A stretch of 64,000 nucleotides of DNA from Mantamonas sphyraenae STR306. Lineage: Eukaryota > Protista > CRuMs. A program made the translations under genes and the position numbers. The stretch spans positions 186,001-250,000 of the forward strand of contig JAPMXV010000067.1 of the NCBI GenBank assembly GCA_026936335.1, written 5' to 3'. Under the pieces are notes generated by a model that saw only the letters and a list, made by a program, of their open reading frames with translations, ran no database searches and was not told the origin of the DNA. Shown here piece by piece: positions 33,486-47,447 of this stretch (position 1 is the first letter of the stretch; each line of letters opens with the position of its first letter).

Positions 33486-36400
33486 ATGTCCATGGAACAC
33501 GTGGATATCATGCGGGAGGCCCACGGGGCTCCCATTCGGTGCACGGCGTACAATCCGTTCGGCCGCCTCCTTTACGTGGCTGGTGAGAGTGAGTTTGACA
33601 CAACGAGCATGTGCACGCAGGCGTCCAGTGGCCCATGTTGCTTGTTCCGGCGTGTGCACTCGTGACTGTGCCGTGGAGTGGCCCCGCACCGACACAGGCG
33701 GGCGGCGCGCAAAGGTACCGTTGGATCGGCGTCTGACACACCCCCCCTTTCTCCTCTTTGGCGCGCTCGCCCTCACCCCACAGGCAACATCATCCACGTG
33801 TGGGACATGGAAACCCACAAATTGGCCAATGTGTTTACGGCCCACAAGGGCTTTGTCACAGATATGGTGTATTGGTAGGTAGAGGGAGGCCGGGAGCCGT
33901 GTGGGTGCCATCTGCGAGAACGCCACTGACACAGGCGCACACACACACACCCACTGACCCGCCTCACACCCAAACGCAGTTATTACGAGGATGAAAAGAG
34001 CCGGAACAAGTCTGGGGCACTGATTTCGTGCAGTGTGGACTACGACTCGACCCTGATCGTCTGGGGCGAAACGGGAAAGGTGCTGGACACGTTCAAGCTG
34101 GACAGCGAGGCACACAGCATGGTGTGGGAACGCAGCAAGGATAGGCTGTACGTGGGCGAACAGAGTGGCAACATCAGCGTGCTGGAAATCGACTTTGCGG
34201 TGCTGCGCGAGAAAAAGTCGGCGCTGCTGACCAGCCTTCACAGCGGCCGCTCCGTCCTCTCGCGCTGCACTGTGCTCGTGGACAGCAGCTCCTTTCTGGG
34301 CAAGGAAAACGACAAAAAGGCCAAGAAGAAGAAACGGCAGGAGGTGCAGGACAGCGAAAAGGTGCAGGCGGTGAAGCGAAAGAGCAAGTGGGACAGCGTC
34401 AAGTCGCGTGTGGCCTGTCGCAACCCGGGCTACGAACGCAAGCTCAAACTGACCATGGAGCTGATGATGATGGCCGACGACGACGAACCCGAGGAGTACC
34501 AAAGCTATCAGCAACAGGTGCAGGCGCTCAAGACGCAGTCAACCAGCACCCGTCGCCAGGTGCTCCTGGACGACGTGCACGACAATCTGGTCAACGCAAT
34601 GGTGTTTGCCGACGGCAAAATCATCAGTGGGGACTTTGACGGCGTGTTGGCGGTCACTCGCACGGATCAGATGCGATCCTTCAAGGTCCAGGCTCACAGT
34701 GCAGCCATCACCGCCGTGGACTACGACGTGGACAACTCCTGGTTCATTTCTGCCTCGTACGACTGCACCGTGCGCATTTGGACGCTGAACGCAGACGTGG
34801 ATTTGGATTCGCGCAAGTTTTTGCTTCTGCAGGAACTGCCCTTGCCCTACTCCCAGGGCGTCTCCGGCATGGTCTACGTCACCGAGGCACGTGCGCTGTG
34901 GTCCACAGCCAGTTCGACCATCCCAGACATGTACGACTTGCGCTCGGGCACATATCTGAACCCCATCATGGACACCGAAGCCATGCGTGTGTCGCGCAAA
35001 TTGGCGACACCACGCCCCTGCTGCAAGCCGCCGCCTCGGCCTCGGTGGACAGTGGAGCGTCGAGCAACAGCAGTGGAAGCAGCAGCAGCAGCAGCAGCAG
35101 CAACAACGGCGGCGATCTCGTCGACGCCATGATCAAACGCCAAATGGATTTGCGCAACCGACGCCGTCGCGAGGTGGAGAAGGCGGCGGTGGGACGGGTG
35201 CAGGGGTCAACAGGCGTGTGCCCAACCACGGAGACATGCCAGCCATCATGGACTTTCGAGCCATCGGCACCACGCCCGATTACCTGGAGCTGGAGGTGAA
35301 TCTGATGTCGTCTGCTTCGACGGAGGAAATCGAGACCACCACTGTGCATCGTGTGGACGACGACGAGGACAACCAGCTGCTGGCACTCACCGACGCAGAG
35401 TACGGCCCCATGTTTTGGATCACGGGCCTGAAGAAGCTGGTGACGGTGGTCAACCAGCGCTCACTGGTGGTGTGGCAGTACAACCCACGCGCGGCGTCGG
35501 CCGTGATCAAGGCCCATCCAGACAGCCTGGAGTGCATCAGCTACGTGGTGGACACCCCACCCACGGTGCACGTGGAGGAAATCGCAGGCTACGAACAGTT
35601 CCTGCAAAAGCTGGAGGACAAGGACGGCGAGCTGTACGAGTTGCACGAACGCGACCTGGAAATTTTCACCTGCGGCAAAGAGGGGACGCACAAGGAGGGA
35701 AACGGCGTGTTGAAGCGGTGGGAGTCGTTGCAGCTGAACCCCCACCTGTACATTGAGCACACGGTGTCGCAATCGGTGCCGCACGTCACACGCATGACGT
35801 ACTTCAAGTCGCCCGTGCGCCTGTTGGTCACGGCCAGCGTGGATCAGACCCTGCGTGTGTTCCCCATGGATCCCACAGAAACGTCGGAAAAGTACGTCAA
35901 CATGATCTACAACAACACCATGGTGGACAAGAACCTCAGCAAGGGCTCGCACAAGGCCGACATCACAGGCATGGTGCAGGTCAACAAGGACCAAAAACAC
36001 ATCCTCATCACCGTCTCCCTCGACTCCATGATCAAGTTCTGGGACGTCGATGCCCTCAAGATCACAGGCAAGTCCATCTACCACGAAAACGCCCTCGCCA
36101 GCTACGAAGGCCGACCCATCAGCCGCATCAGCTCTGGATCGCCCCTGCCTGGGTCCTCTTCCTCTTCATCCTCGTCATCTTCATCATCTTCATCATCCTC
36201 GTCATCCTCGTCATCCTCATCCTCGTCGACGACTGACGGCAGCGGGAGTTCCGGCCGGCTGACAACATCGGCGCTGGGAAGACGCAACGAATCGCGCGGC
36301 AGCAGCAGACTGCGCATGCAAACTCCGGAATTCAGGCATCAGACATCGTCGTCCAACATGAGCGTGTCTTCTGTGACGTCTGGGATGTCGTCTTCCTCGA

Positions 36401-37371
36401 GTGGGACGACGGGACGAGAGTCTGGCATCCTTGGCATTGCCTATGCACCGGAGCTGGACGAATTTGCCATCTGCTGCCGCGACCACTGTGTGTATGTGTA
36501 CGGGTACCGGCCACGGGACGACCGAGCGGTGTTGAAGTGGGTGATGCGCGGGCACGAACACGTGGTGAGCTGTATTGTGTGGAACCCTGTGGATCGGGTG
36601 TGGGTCACGGCGTCGGAAGACTTTACGATCCGCGTGTGGAAGTCGCAGGAGTACAACATTCCGCCAATCAAGACGCTGAGTGTGCCGGACGAGCAGGTGG
36701 TGACGGCAATGTGTGTCGACCGCATCTTTGGCTTCATTGTGTTTGCGTCGCTGGACAGGACCATCACCGTGTTCGATTACAAGAAGAACGTGGTGGTGCA
36801 GCAACACACAGGCCACACCGACGAAATCCGAGACATCATCCACATCCCCGAGCAGCACAAGTACGCGAGCGTGTCCATGGACGGCACCATCCGCCTGTGG
36901 GGCGCATACTCCATCACCGAGCAGCACTGGCGATCGACAGGCCACCGCGTCGGCGCCATGGCCGGCGCCTTTCATGCCATGATGGACGAACTGCACGGCA
37001 AGGACGAGACGCCCGAGGTGAAGGAGCCCGTGGCCCCGTATGACTACACAGAACCCTTCCAGACGGAGACATGGACCAAGGACCACATTTACTCTGGTGT
37101 CAGCTTCAAAGGCATCCGTCCGCCGCGTGTGGGACGCACAGAGGTCAAGTCGGAAGCGCAGCAGCAGTACCTGGAGCAGACGGGCCAGGACAGCGCCGAT
37201 GAAGCAGAGAGCAACGACGCATACTCCCGGGCCACAGACGTGTTTCCCCAGGACTTTTTTAAACTGACGTCGCCACGCAAGAGCCTGCCACAGAGTGAGG
37301 CGTTGTCTCCTGCCATCGAGACGTTTGGGGCGCAGCTGGATGTGTTGATTGGGACGCTGGGCAACCGGTGA
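33486..37371 (+). CDS. Large WD40-repeat protein
   Basis: Multiple H..S.D..IR.W repeats (AHSAAIT..SASYDCTVRIW, GHEHVVS..TASEDFTIRVW, GHTDEIR..SVSMDGTIRLW). Introns near 33583-33783 and 33875-33979; single-base deficits at about 35000 and 35205. Confidence 0.82.
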
Positions 37372-37388
37372 CGCGTGACGCATGATCT

Positions 37389-39384
37389 TCATTGTTCCCA
37401 CTGTCGATTGGTCATAAACACATATCGCTTGTATGTCATGACCAGTTCGCCCGCGCGTGTCTTTTCTGTGCCGTCGGCAAAGCGCACCTTGAACTTATTC
37501 TGCTGGCCCTTGCCAAATGCGCCTGTGATCTTGCCCTTGGCCCCGTCTGCGGTGCGCACCACCGTCTTGCCGATGAAATCGTTCATGTCGACATTCTGAT
37601 GGAACATCTGCATGCCCACGAGGGTGTGTTCGTCGTTTGCCGCAGCAATCTTGGCTCGCTTCTGCTTCAGCTTGTACACCTGCAGCGAGGCCTTGAACTC
37701 AGCCACATCCTTGATGGTTTGGACCACGCGCCCTGAAAAGGCCAATCGGCACGAGCCCGGGTTGTTGATGAGTTCCAGCTTGGATGCGATCAGCGTCGAG
37801 TTTCTGGGACACAACACTTCGGATTCAAACTCCACCAGCGCGTACTGTTCGCGTTCTGTGCTCAGTGTGCCCTGCCACAGGTATTCGTTGTCGAGGGAGA
37901 ATGTGGACAGGGAGGAGGGAGAGGAGGAAGACGAGGATGAGCTTGAGGACGAGGAGGACGATTCTTCCGAGGACGATTTGTCGTCGGATGCCACGTTGGC
38001 GGGGTCGTCGAAAAACACCACGTGGCCGTCGGTGTTTGTGTGACCCATGGTAAAGTGGAACTTGGCGTTGGTTTCGCAGTCATCCTTAAAGTACGGCACC
38101 TTGCGCAACGCGCACAATGGCGCCGCGAAAGGCAGAGACAGTGCCTGGGGCACATGCGAGGCCACGCTCGATGCGCTTCGGGTCGAGTTGGGTCAGACAG
38201 ATGCCCACACGGTCGCCCTTGCGAGCAAAATTGACGGACTTGCGAAACATCTGCATGGATTTGACCTTGCGCGTTTCGCTCAGCTGCGGCAGGTCGATCT
38301 CTTGGCCCACACACACCGACCCGTCGAGCACGGTGCCTGTGAGCACAGTTCCCTGTCCATGAATGGCAAAGCAGTGGTCGATGGCATACAGGAAGGAGTC
38401 TGCATCCGTGCCGTCGCGTGCGGGGATGGGCACGTGTTCCAGCAACGCATCCAGTAGGTTTGGGATGCCTGTGTCTTGCAAAGCCGCCTCTATCTCGTTG
38501 TCTGTCATTTGGTCGAGGTCAAGGCTTGTATCGTCATTGTTGCGGCCGCTGTCGTCGGCGACGTCGTGTGTGGATTGTGGTTGTTCATCCGATTCCGTTT
38601 CCTTGCCTTTGCTCGCCTTGTTATCGTTGCCCTCGTCATTGTCCAGTGCGATGCTGCCGCTGCTACTGTTGCCGTTGCTTCGATTGTGTTTGCCCCTGCG
38701 AATGATGCGTGCGGCTGTGCGTGCACACACAGAGACGGACGGGGAGCCTGCAAACTTGGTGCTCTCGAGGGTCTTTTGGAAGCGCTTTGTCATTTTGGCA
38801 ATGGCTGCGTCACGTTTCTTGGGCTGCAACAGATCGGTCTTGTTGAGGACGACCAGCATGGTGTCACTAGGCACGGACATTTCGCCGACCACCAAACCTT
38901 CCGCCGTCTGCGTCTGCATGCCCTTGGTCACATCCACAACCAGCATCATCATGTCGATGATCTGTGCGCCCCCAATGATCGTTTTGATGAAGGAGGCGTG
39001 GCCAGGGCAATCCACCAGGGTGAACTGCAGCGTTTCCACCTCGTCCGGCAGCGCCGCAAACTTGCCGCCGAACCGCTCCCTTAGCGCGTCGTCCACGGTC
39101 ACCTGAAAGGCAGAGAAGCCCAGATCGGTGGTGATGTTCTTTTCCATGCTGTGTGGATGCTTGTCAAACGCAGCCGTGGAGGCAATGTCGCTTAGGGCCT
39201 TGGCTACCCTTCGGGGTCAGTCGCTGTGGTGGCAGTGAGGGCAAAAGAGGGCAAACGCAGGCATGTCCTTGGGCCGAGACCACGTACCCAGTGTTGTTTT
39301 GCCGCTGTCCACATGGCCGAGAATGCCAATGTTGATGTTGACGACGGACGAGGAGGGCGACTCTTTGTCGGAAGACGAAGACAT
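37389..39384 (-). CDS. EEFSEC: Selenocysteine-specific elongation factor
   Basis: NIGILGHVDSGKT, ASTAAFDK.P.S.E..IT.DLGFS, TLVDCPGHAS.I.TIIGGAQIID, KGMQTQTAE, IDHCF.I.GQGTV.TGT, CRLAF.G, G.I.G.FG. Intron 39204-39287; 1-nt indel at about 38107. Confidence 0.92.
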
Positions 39385-39425
39385 TGCAATGGACGCACAC
39401 GAGCACTGTGTTCATTGTGACATTC

Positions 39426-42400
39426 TTAGAACCCGCGCGAGGAAGAAGAGCCCTGGGGCTGAAGGATGGAAAGACCACCCACCTGAGCGCCGACCATGGA
39501 CAGCTTGCAGGTGTTGCACAGGTTGCCCGAGAAGTCGGGCACATACGCCGACGAGCAGTAGGGACACAGGACGACGTCGGAACCCTTGTAGATGGGAGTA
39601 AAGGTCTCGCAACAGACGACAAACGGGTTGCGCTCGTCATAGTTGATCTCCATGGCGTTGGAGCGGCCCTGGTTGTCGCAGATCTGCTGCACCTTGCGGC
39701 ACTTGACAGCCACGTCGTCCGGCGGGCTCAGCTCCAACAGACGGCGTGCAAACCCACCCGCGTAACCAAAGTTCTTCAGCTTAAAGTGCAACGTCATGGC
39801 CGAGCGCAGACTGAGTTTCAGGTGCGACGGTTGCATCTGGCAGTTGGCAAAGTACGACGCGAGTTCGACCTGGGTACAGAGGCGTAGGTGTGCAAGGTGA
39901 GTGGAGTGGGGTGGAAGGGTGGGCACGGAAGGGCAACGGCAAGGCCAACGGGCAGTGTCCGGTGTCGCGACATCAGGAATATTCTATAAAATCACTGCAC
40001 TCCTCTTATGTTTGAAGGGAGGCCGAATTCATCTCCACAGCCAAGAATATTAGGTATCATCATATGTTGACACCGGACAAGGGGAGAAAAGCGGGAAAAC
40101 GGCAACAAAAGGGAACAAAAAACACAGAGTTGCTTACCATGCGGCCAGGATCCTGCTTGCTGACTTCCTTGCGTGCGCCCTCGAGACGCAGGCCGGTAAT
40201 GTACTCGCGGCAGATGCGAATGAGCTCGAGGACCTCGTTGACTTCGACGTTGGACTTGACAACAAGGAGCGGGATGCCGTGGAGAATGGCGGTGAAGTGG
40301 TCGATGGCCTCGCCAAACTTGCCGTTCGTGGTGGCCTTGTAGGCGAGCTTGAGCCGGTTGACAAAGCGTTCCACGGTCAAGGTGATGGCCGGGAGGTTGC
40401 CGCCTCGGCTGAGACCCGTGCTGAGGGGAGGGAGCAGAGGCAGGGCCGACAGGGTTGCGTGCGCACCCATGTACACGGAGATGAAGTTGGCCTTGAGCGG
40501 GCCGAAATTTACAATGCCCAGCTGGTTGTTGAGGAGCTGCATGGCCACGTCAAAGTTGCCTGCTGCCACTTGGTCTGCTGCCAGGTTGCTCGAGTCGCTC
40601 CAGCGCTGCTCCACAGGCTGGCCTGCAGTGGGCGCCACATAGTAGCCCTCTGCACCTGAGCCCGACAGCAGCGAGCCCTGGCCGCCAAAGTCGCCCATGC
40701 CGTCCAGGTCGAGCTCATCCTCCTCCCAGCCTCCGCCTCCGCTTCCACCCATGCCTCCTCCGGCGCCGCCCAGATCCAGGTCGTCGTCGCCGTCGCCAAA
40801 CGGGTTGCCTCCCGAGCTGCCGCCCAGAAAGTCGCCAGCACCCATGGCCGAGGAGCCACCCTCGCCAAAGTCGAGGTCGAGGTCGTCCGCGCCCCAGTCG
40901 CCGGCTGCAGCTGCGCCGACGTCGTCGCCCTCACCCTCGTCCAGACCCATACGCATGATCTCCTCGGCGGAGGAGCCGTCAAAGTAGCCCTTGGACACCT
41001 TGAGCAGGGGCCAGTTCTCGCCAAAGAGGATGGGGATGGGCGGTTTGAGGAGGGTTGCGCGCTGAAGGGCCGCGTCGACGTCATAGTTTGCCAGCGGGTC
41101 GACAAACTCGGGCTGTGTGTCCTGCTGCGAGTCGGAGTCGGCTCCGCCTGCACGCTGCTGAATGCCCTGTTGGCGGACGGCGGCCTCCTCGCGGATGTTT
41201 TGTGCGAGGACGGCTGCATCTTCGTCAAGGCCGTGCATGGCAGCGGTGAGGTAGGCGAGCGGAAGTTGACCGACGTCGTTGAGGACGCGCACACGCTCGA
41301 CGACGTCGCCGAGAAAGAGGGCGTTGTGGAAGCGGCCCATGGTGTCGTTGCGTCGCTCGGCAATGTCGACCATGCGGCGCAGCTTTTCCACGTTGCCCGT
41401 GATGAGGTAGAGGAAAGCGAGGCGCTCGTAGTCCTTGGTGCGCTGGTAGGCCATCTCCACAGTCTGGTGGTCGCCCTGCTGCAGGGCCGCCATGCCCAGG
41501 CGACGCCAGCAGTCGTTGTCCTGCAGGGCACGTGCGCACTCCTGGGCCACGTCGATGTTGCCGCACTCGAGGGCCAGGTTGAAGCGCGTCTTGTCGTCCT
41601 TGACAAAGTGCAGGGCGACCTCGGCGTAGCCCTTCTTCTGCAGGTAGGCAATGATGCTCTGGCCCTGCAAGCGCGAGTGTTTGATCATGCGCAGGACTTC
41701 ACCGTAGCGCTTGTTGGCCAGGGCGAGCTTGAAGCGGTACTCTGTGTTGTCGATGCCGATGACGCGTGTCTTGAACTTGCGGTCGAGGGCGTACACGGTG
41801 GAGCCCTTGACCTTGGTGATGTAGATGGGTGTTTCGAGGGTGCGGATGACGCCCGAGTCGCCCGACGGGAGGACATACTTGATGTGGTTGAGCGTGGAGT
41901 AGACAAACACGCCCGACTCGTCCCAGGCGCCGCTCTTGACGCGCACGGTCTCGTGGATGGCACACTGCTGCTCGAGGTTGTTCTTGCTGGCAATGACAAT
42001 GAGGTGCTTGGACAGCAGGGCGATGTACTGCATGTCGGGCGACCACACGGTGTACTTTGTGCCCGGGCAGGAGATCTCGGCGAGGGCTTTGCGGTGCTGC
42101 ACATCAAACAGGGTGACGCGGTCCTCGCAACGCAGCAGGACCTGGCCCGTGCCTGCGTACCACATCATGTCTGTGCCTGCGTGGGGCGGCGGGCAGCGCT
42201 TGGTGACCTCGTTCTTAAAGTTCTTGACGACGACCTCGCCCTTCTTGTCGAGGACGGCAAAGCGGTTGCGTGCGATAAACACGGCGCATCGGCCTGCGCC
42301 ACGCTTGCTCTCGGGCACCTGGGGCTGGGAAGAGGAGGAAGAGGAGGAGCCCTGGTGGCCTGCGTCGCGCGGGATGTGGTAGAGTTCGTACATGCCGTCG

Positions 42401-44067
42401 TCCTGGTCGGTGCAGATGACGATGGCGTGTTCGATGGGGTTGTAGGCGATGGTGCGCGGGTTGGCAGGGGCGTTGTTGTTGCGACGCATGCTCATGACGG
42501 GCACCTCGCGGTTCTTTTCAAAGTCGTACATGCGCACGTAGCGGTCCTTGATGTAGAAGAGGGTGTTGGGCGTGCTTGTGTAGGCCGGACGCTCGCGCTC
42601 GAGCTTAAAGACGATCATGCCCGAGTCGTGGCCTGCGGCAAAGAGGTTCATGTTGGGGTGTGCACACATGATCCAGAAGCGGTCGTGTGCTCGCGGCGGA
42701 AGGTCTTGACGGGCATGCGCTTGCTCATGTCCCACACACGGATGCTCTTGTCCTCCGAGTTGGACAGAATGAGGTCTGAGCGCGGGTGAAAGATGACACA
42801 CGAGACGTTGTTGAAATGGCCACGCAGGGTGTCCACCTCCCAGGCCTTTGTGTCGTTCATACGCCAGAGCTTGACGTGGCGATCGTCGGCGGCCGAGACG
42901 ATCAGAGGCAGAGACGGGTGGAAAGAGGCCCAGTTGACGCCACGGTCATGGCCCTGTGGTGTACGAGAGGTGCGGGTGGAGGGTGTGAGTGCGGGTTCGT
43001 TACACGCAGGGCGGGTGTGCGAGGCACGGGACGGCGCGTGGGAAAGCAAGGCGCGAAAAGCCCTCTGAAATGCGACGACACGAGAGGCGCGGAAAACGGG
43101 GAAACGAGGAGGAGGCGTACCTCGAGGGAGTACTTTGTGGCGACGTCGTTGCCGCCAAAGAGCTCGTTGTTGAGCTGTGGGATGCGCACGTTGGGCTGCT
43201 CCTGCATGGGGGTAAAGTTCTTCTTGGCGAGCGCGGAGAAATCCCACACGCGGACAGTCTGGTCGAGCGAAGCCGAGACGACGAGGTCCTCCTTGGGGTG
43301 GAAGGCGGCACACATGACATAGTGGTTGTGGCCTGTGAGGACGGCAATGCAGGTGCGGGACTGCCAGTTCCAGATGCGGACAGTCTGTGCGGGAGCGAGC
43401 GGTGTGAGAGCGTGAAGCGAGAGGGAAAACGTGGCGTTCCGGGGGTTTCGGGGCCAGCGCTGAAAGGCCACCCATGGCCTGAGACGAGACGAGGGACGGG
43501 GCTGAGAGCATGGAGGGATACAAAAGGGTGATGCACAGCGTGGAGGAGGAGCGCGGCATGGAAGAGGGCCACACAGAAGCGTGCGTGGGGCGAGAGGAAA
43601 AAGTGGTGTGATGGGGCGGTGAAAAGTGCATGGTTTGCAGCGTCGCGGCAAAGGGGGAGGAGAAGGGAGGAGGCAGCGGGCATGCGAGAGGCGGTGGGCA
43701 CATGAGAGGCGCAGTGACATACCTGGTCATCCGAGGCAGAAATGATCCAGGGCAACTCGTGGTGGAACTGGACGGTTCGAATGTAGTCGAGGTGGCCCTG
43801 GAGGGTGAAGAGGCAGCGACGGGTCTTGTAGTTCCAAACCTTGATGCGATAGTCATCGCCACCCGAGACAAAGATGGGCTGCGACGGGTGGAAGTGGACG
43901 CCGCGGACAGGGCCGTCGTGCTCGTCGAAGCGATCGAGGAGGGTGCCCATGCGGTAGTCCCACAGCTGGATCACGCCGTTATGGAGCGATGCCAGCACCC
44001 AGGGACGCGAAGGGTGGAAGCACAGCCCCTTGACGCGGTTTGAGCGCGTTTCGAATTTGGTGAGCAT
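39426..44067 (-). CDS. COPA: Coatomer subunit alpha
   Basis: [36 protein letters not shown]..., WD40 repeats, ELA.YF..C.MQP.H. Introns near 43386-43722, 42955-43120 and 39870-40137; extra AC at about 42686. Confidence 0.97.
39968..40068 (-). ncRNA. Intronic box C/D snoRNA (LSU rRNA guide) in the last COPA intron
   Basis: On the minus strand: box C ATGATGA (40057-40063), box D CTGA (39973-39976), 11-bp flanking inverted repeat tgtccggtgtc/gacaccggaca. Guide CTTGGCTGTGG (40035-40045) is complementary to conserved LSU rRNA CCACAGCCAAG. AT-rich island. Confidence 0.85.
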
Positions 44068-44210
44068 TGTGGTGGGTGGGTGAGCGCTCTGCTCAGGTGG
44101 AACTTGTCTTTGTCCTGATGAAGAAGCTGAGGAGGGAAGAGGAAAGGAAGAAACGAGGTTAGAAAAGGGCCCCGAAGAAAGGTTGCCGAGTGACCGAGGC
44201 TGAAACAGGG

Positions 44211-45677
44211 ATGCGCCCGTGGAGCCAAGAAGGAATGGCTCAGGAACTCGACAGCCTGGACGAGGCCAAGGGGCCGAAACAGGCTCACCGGGCATGGGGC
44301 ATCGATGAGACGGATGAGATGTCGTCTGTGGCACCCGGTGGTGATGCGTATGCGCTCATCTACGAAAGTTTGGGCGAACGAACGGTGTCAGTGGTGGAGA
44401 TTCTGGGCCACGTGCGGGACATCCTGCTGTATGGTCTGGTGTTTGCCGTGATCAACGCCGGGCTACTACTTCTGTGGAGCAGCATCCCTGTGTACGGATA
44501 TACGCCGGCAGGGGACATCTATGTGCTGCAGGTTGCCAGCTGGTTTGTTTTGTTCCTGGGCTTCTCCATCAGTGGGTTTGCGGCGCCGTTGGCGCTGTAC
44601 CAAGTGACTTTGGGCAGGTACCATGCGTGGGAGATGGTGCGCAAGTGGTATCCGCGCGCCTTTGTGTTGTACGTGGCGCCGATTTCCACGCTGCTTTTCA
44701 CGAACTCGTTCTGCACTCAAATCAGCGAGTTTACAATCCTTGGGATGTACGCGGTCATGCTGGCGCTGTTCTTTTTGCTTGCGCGCGAACATTGCGTGGA
44801 CCGGTTTGAAGGGTTCACTCCCAAGGAGGTGTCCAAGGCGACGTGGCTCTCGTTTGCCGCGGGTTTTCTGATTTTCCTCTTCTACTATGCAGTTGCGCAG
44901 CTGATGCGAGTGTTCCCGGGGTTCGATTTGAACACACAGCTGCTAGTGCGCATGGTGTACTACCCTGTGGTGGTGGAGCTGGTCATGTGGGTGCTGCGCA
45001 ACATCTCGCGGCTTCTGAACCCGTTCCTCGGGGAGCATGGAGACATGCACGGGGTGTTTGTGCACATGCAATTCCTGCACGCGCTGACAAACCGGTTCAT
45101 GCTTGTGACCATCTCATCGTTCGAGGTGGAATTGACGGTGACGGTGCTGAACGGTCTGATGGAGACGGCGTTGCGGCTCACACACCACGCACGCGATAAC
45201 TTTCTCAACCGCGTGGTGCTGCGCAACAAGGAACTGACCGACGACACACGTGGGTCGCTTGCGCTGCTGCGTGCGAGCTTTGTCAACCTGGAAATGGCCG
45301 TGGAGTACGCTGCGCTGCTCAACGTGCCCATCATTGTGTTTTCATTTGCCACACAGCCCGTTATCTATCCCATCCTTGCAGGCCAGGCGCGTGTGCGCAC
45401 GGTGGAGCAGGTGGTGCTCTCGACGCTGCTGCAGTTTGTGGTCGAAGTGGTCGTGGACATCCTGTGCACCATCATCGAGGTGCGCAAGCTCAAGATCAAC
45501 CTGATTGCGGCGTGGCGCAGTTTGTGGACACGAGACAACATCAAGCGCACCGTCACCATGCACATCGTCATGTGGTTCAGCAGCGTGCATCTGTTTGGGA
45601 TCATCTTCGAGTACGACTGCCAGAACTGGTGCGACACCGCGTGCCTCGACCGTTCCTGGTTCTACCTCTCTCATTGA
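44211..45677 (+). CDS. Uncharacterised multi-pass membrane protein
   Basis: Intronless ORF of about 488 aa with roughly 10 hydrophobic segments and host-like codon usage. Confidence 0.7.
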   Translation: MRPWSQEGMAQELDSLDEAKGPKQAHRAWGIDETDEMSSVAPGGDAYALIYESLGERTVSVVEILGHVRDILLYGLVFAVINAGLLLLWSSIPVYGYTPAGDIYVLQVASWFVLFLGFSISGFAAPLALYQVTLGRYHAWEMVRKWYPRAFVLYVAPISTLLFTNSFCTQISEFTILGMYAVMLALFFLLAREHCVDRFEGFTPKEVSKATWLSFAAGFLIFLFYYAVAQLMRVFPGFDLNTQLLVRMVYYPVVVELVMWVLRNISRLLNPFLGEHGDMHGVFVHMQFLHALTNRFMLVTISSFEVELTVTVLNGLMETALRLTHHARDNFLNRVVLRNKELTDDTRGSLALLRASFVNLEMAVEYAALLNVPIIVFSFATQPVIYPILAGQARVRTVEQVVLSTLLQFVVEVVVDILCTIIEVRKLKINLIAAWRSLWTRDNIKRTVTMHIVMWFSSVHLFGIIFEYDCQNWCDTACLDRSWFYLSH

Positions 45678-45801
45678 GCAAGGAAGTGGCGACGAGTGGA
45701 TGGGGTGTGTACAACAGAGCAGAGAGAAGAAGGAAAAGGCCTGTCGACGCACCGAAAGAACCACCCAAAAATCAACACCAGATTCATCAACATCCAACAC
45801 C

Positions 45802-47386
45802 ATGTCGACGAACAACACGAGCAACAACGGCACTGACAGCAACGGCTTTGTGGAGCTGAAGGCACCGGACACGTCTGGGCTTCCGGCGGGCGGACGTGCA
45901 GCGCTGCAGACACTGCTGAAGGCAGAGGACGAGGCCAACGCAAAGGCACTGGTGTTCCTCAACGGCACCTCGACCATCTACCGCGATAGCACCGACGTGA
46001 ACTACCGCTACCGCCAGGAAAGCAACTTTTTGTGAGTGTGGCGAGCCCGGACCGAGAACGGAAAAGAGGGGGGGGGTGCGGCGACGGTGAATTTTCCTCC
46101 TCCGCGTGTACGGAACGGGAGAGGCTGACACGCGGGTCACGGACACGTACCACAGCTACTTGACGGGTGTGGACGAGCCGGACTTTCAGTTGAGCATCGA
46201 CCTTGGCACGGGCAAGGTCACGCTGTTTGCAGCTGTGCTGGACGACGACCACGCGATCTGGCACGGCCACATGCCGACGCTGGAGGAGACCAAGACCCGT
46301 TACGGAGTGGACGAGGTTGTGTGGAACACGGCAGAGAACGTGGCGGCTGTGCTGGAGAGTGCAGGCGAGGGAGGACGCGTGCTGACGACGGCCAAGTGCG
46401 TGGAGGTCAACCAGGAGGCGTTTGACAAGGTGACGGCAGCTGGCACAAGCGTGGACACGGAAGCGTTGGGCAAGGCGATTGTGTCGTGCCGCCTGATCAA
46501 GAGCGAGGCAGAGATTGAGTGTATGCGGTACGCAAACGCGGTGTCGGCGGTGGCCCACAAGGCGCTGATGCGCGAGGTGCGCGGGATGAAGAACGAGGCG
46601 GAGCTGGAGGCACTGTTTACGTACCATTGCATGCGCCACGGCCTGAAGGAGCAGGCGTACGGGGCGATCTGTGCCAGCGGAAACAACGGCGCGGTGCTTC
46701 ACTACACGGACAACAACGAACCGATCAACAGCGACGATCTGGTGCTCATTGACGCAGGGTGCGAGTACTACCACTATGCGTCGGACGTGACGCGGTGCTT
46801 CCCGGCCAACGGCGAGTGGACAGAGAAGCAGAAGCTGATCTACAACATTGTGCTCAAGGCACACAACGCGTGCGTGGAGGCCATGGTGCCCGGCACAGAC
46901 TACACGGACATCCACCGCCTGGGCCAGAGGATCATCTGCGAAGAGATGGTGGAGGCCGGATTCCTTGTGGGCGACGTGGACGAGTTGATTGAGGCGCAGG
47001 TGCCCAACGCGTTTTTCCCGCACGGCCTGGGCCACCACATCGGCTTGGACGTACACGACGTGGGCGGATACGCCGAGGGAGTGGAGCGCATCCCAGAGTT
47101 TGGAACCGCGTTTCTGCGTGCGCGTGGCGTGCTGAAGGAGAACATGGTGCTGACCATCGAGCCGGGCCTGTACTTTGTCGATGTGCTGCTGGACAAGATG
47201 ATCAAGGAGGACGGCGAGTGGTCGGACAAGCGCAAGTACCTGAACGTGGAGAGGATCGAAGAGTTCCGCGGGTTTGGCGGCGTGCGCATCGAGGACGACT
47301 GCGTGGTGACGGCGCAGGGCGGCCAGACGCTGACCCAGGTGCCCAAGGAGATTGCGGACATTGAGGCGTGGGTGGCATCGGCATAA
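45802..47386 (+). CDS. PEPD: Xaa-Pro dipeptidase (prolidase, M24B)
   Basis: YRQESNFFYLTGV across intron 46032-46155; AY..ICASG.N.AVLHY, DAG.EY..YASDVTR, PHGLGH.IGLDVHDVGG, TIEPG.YF, GGVRIEDD. Confidence 0.95.
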
Positions 47387-47447
47387 GTCAAAAAGTGAAA
47401 GGGCGGGTCAACATTGAAATGCAAGGAGGAAATCCATTTACAGGCAA

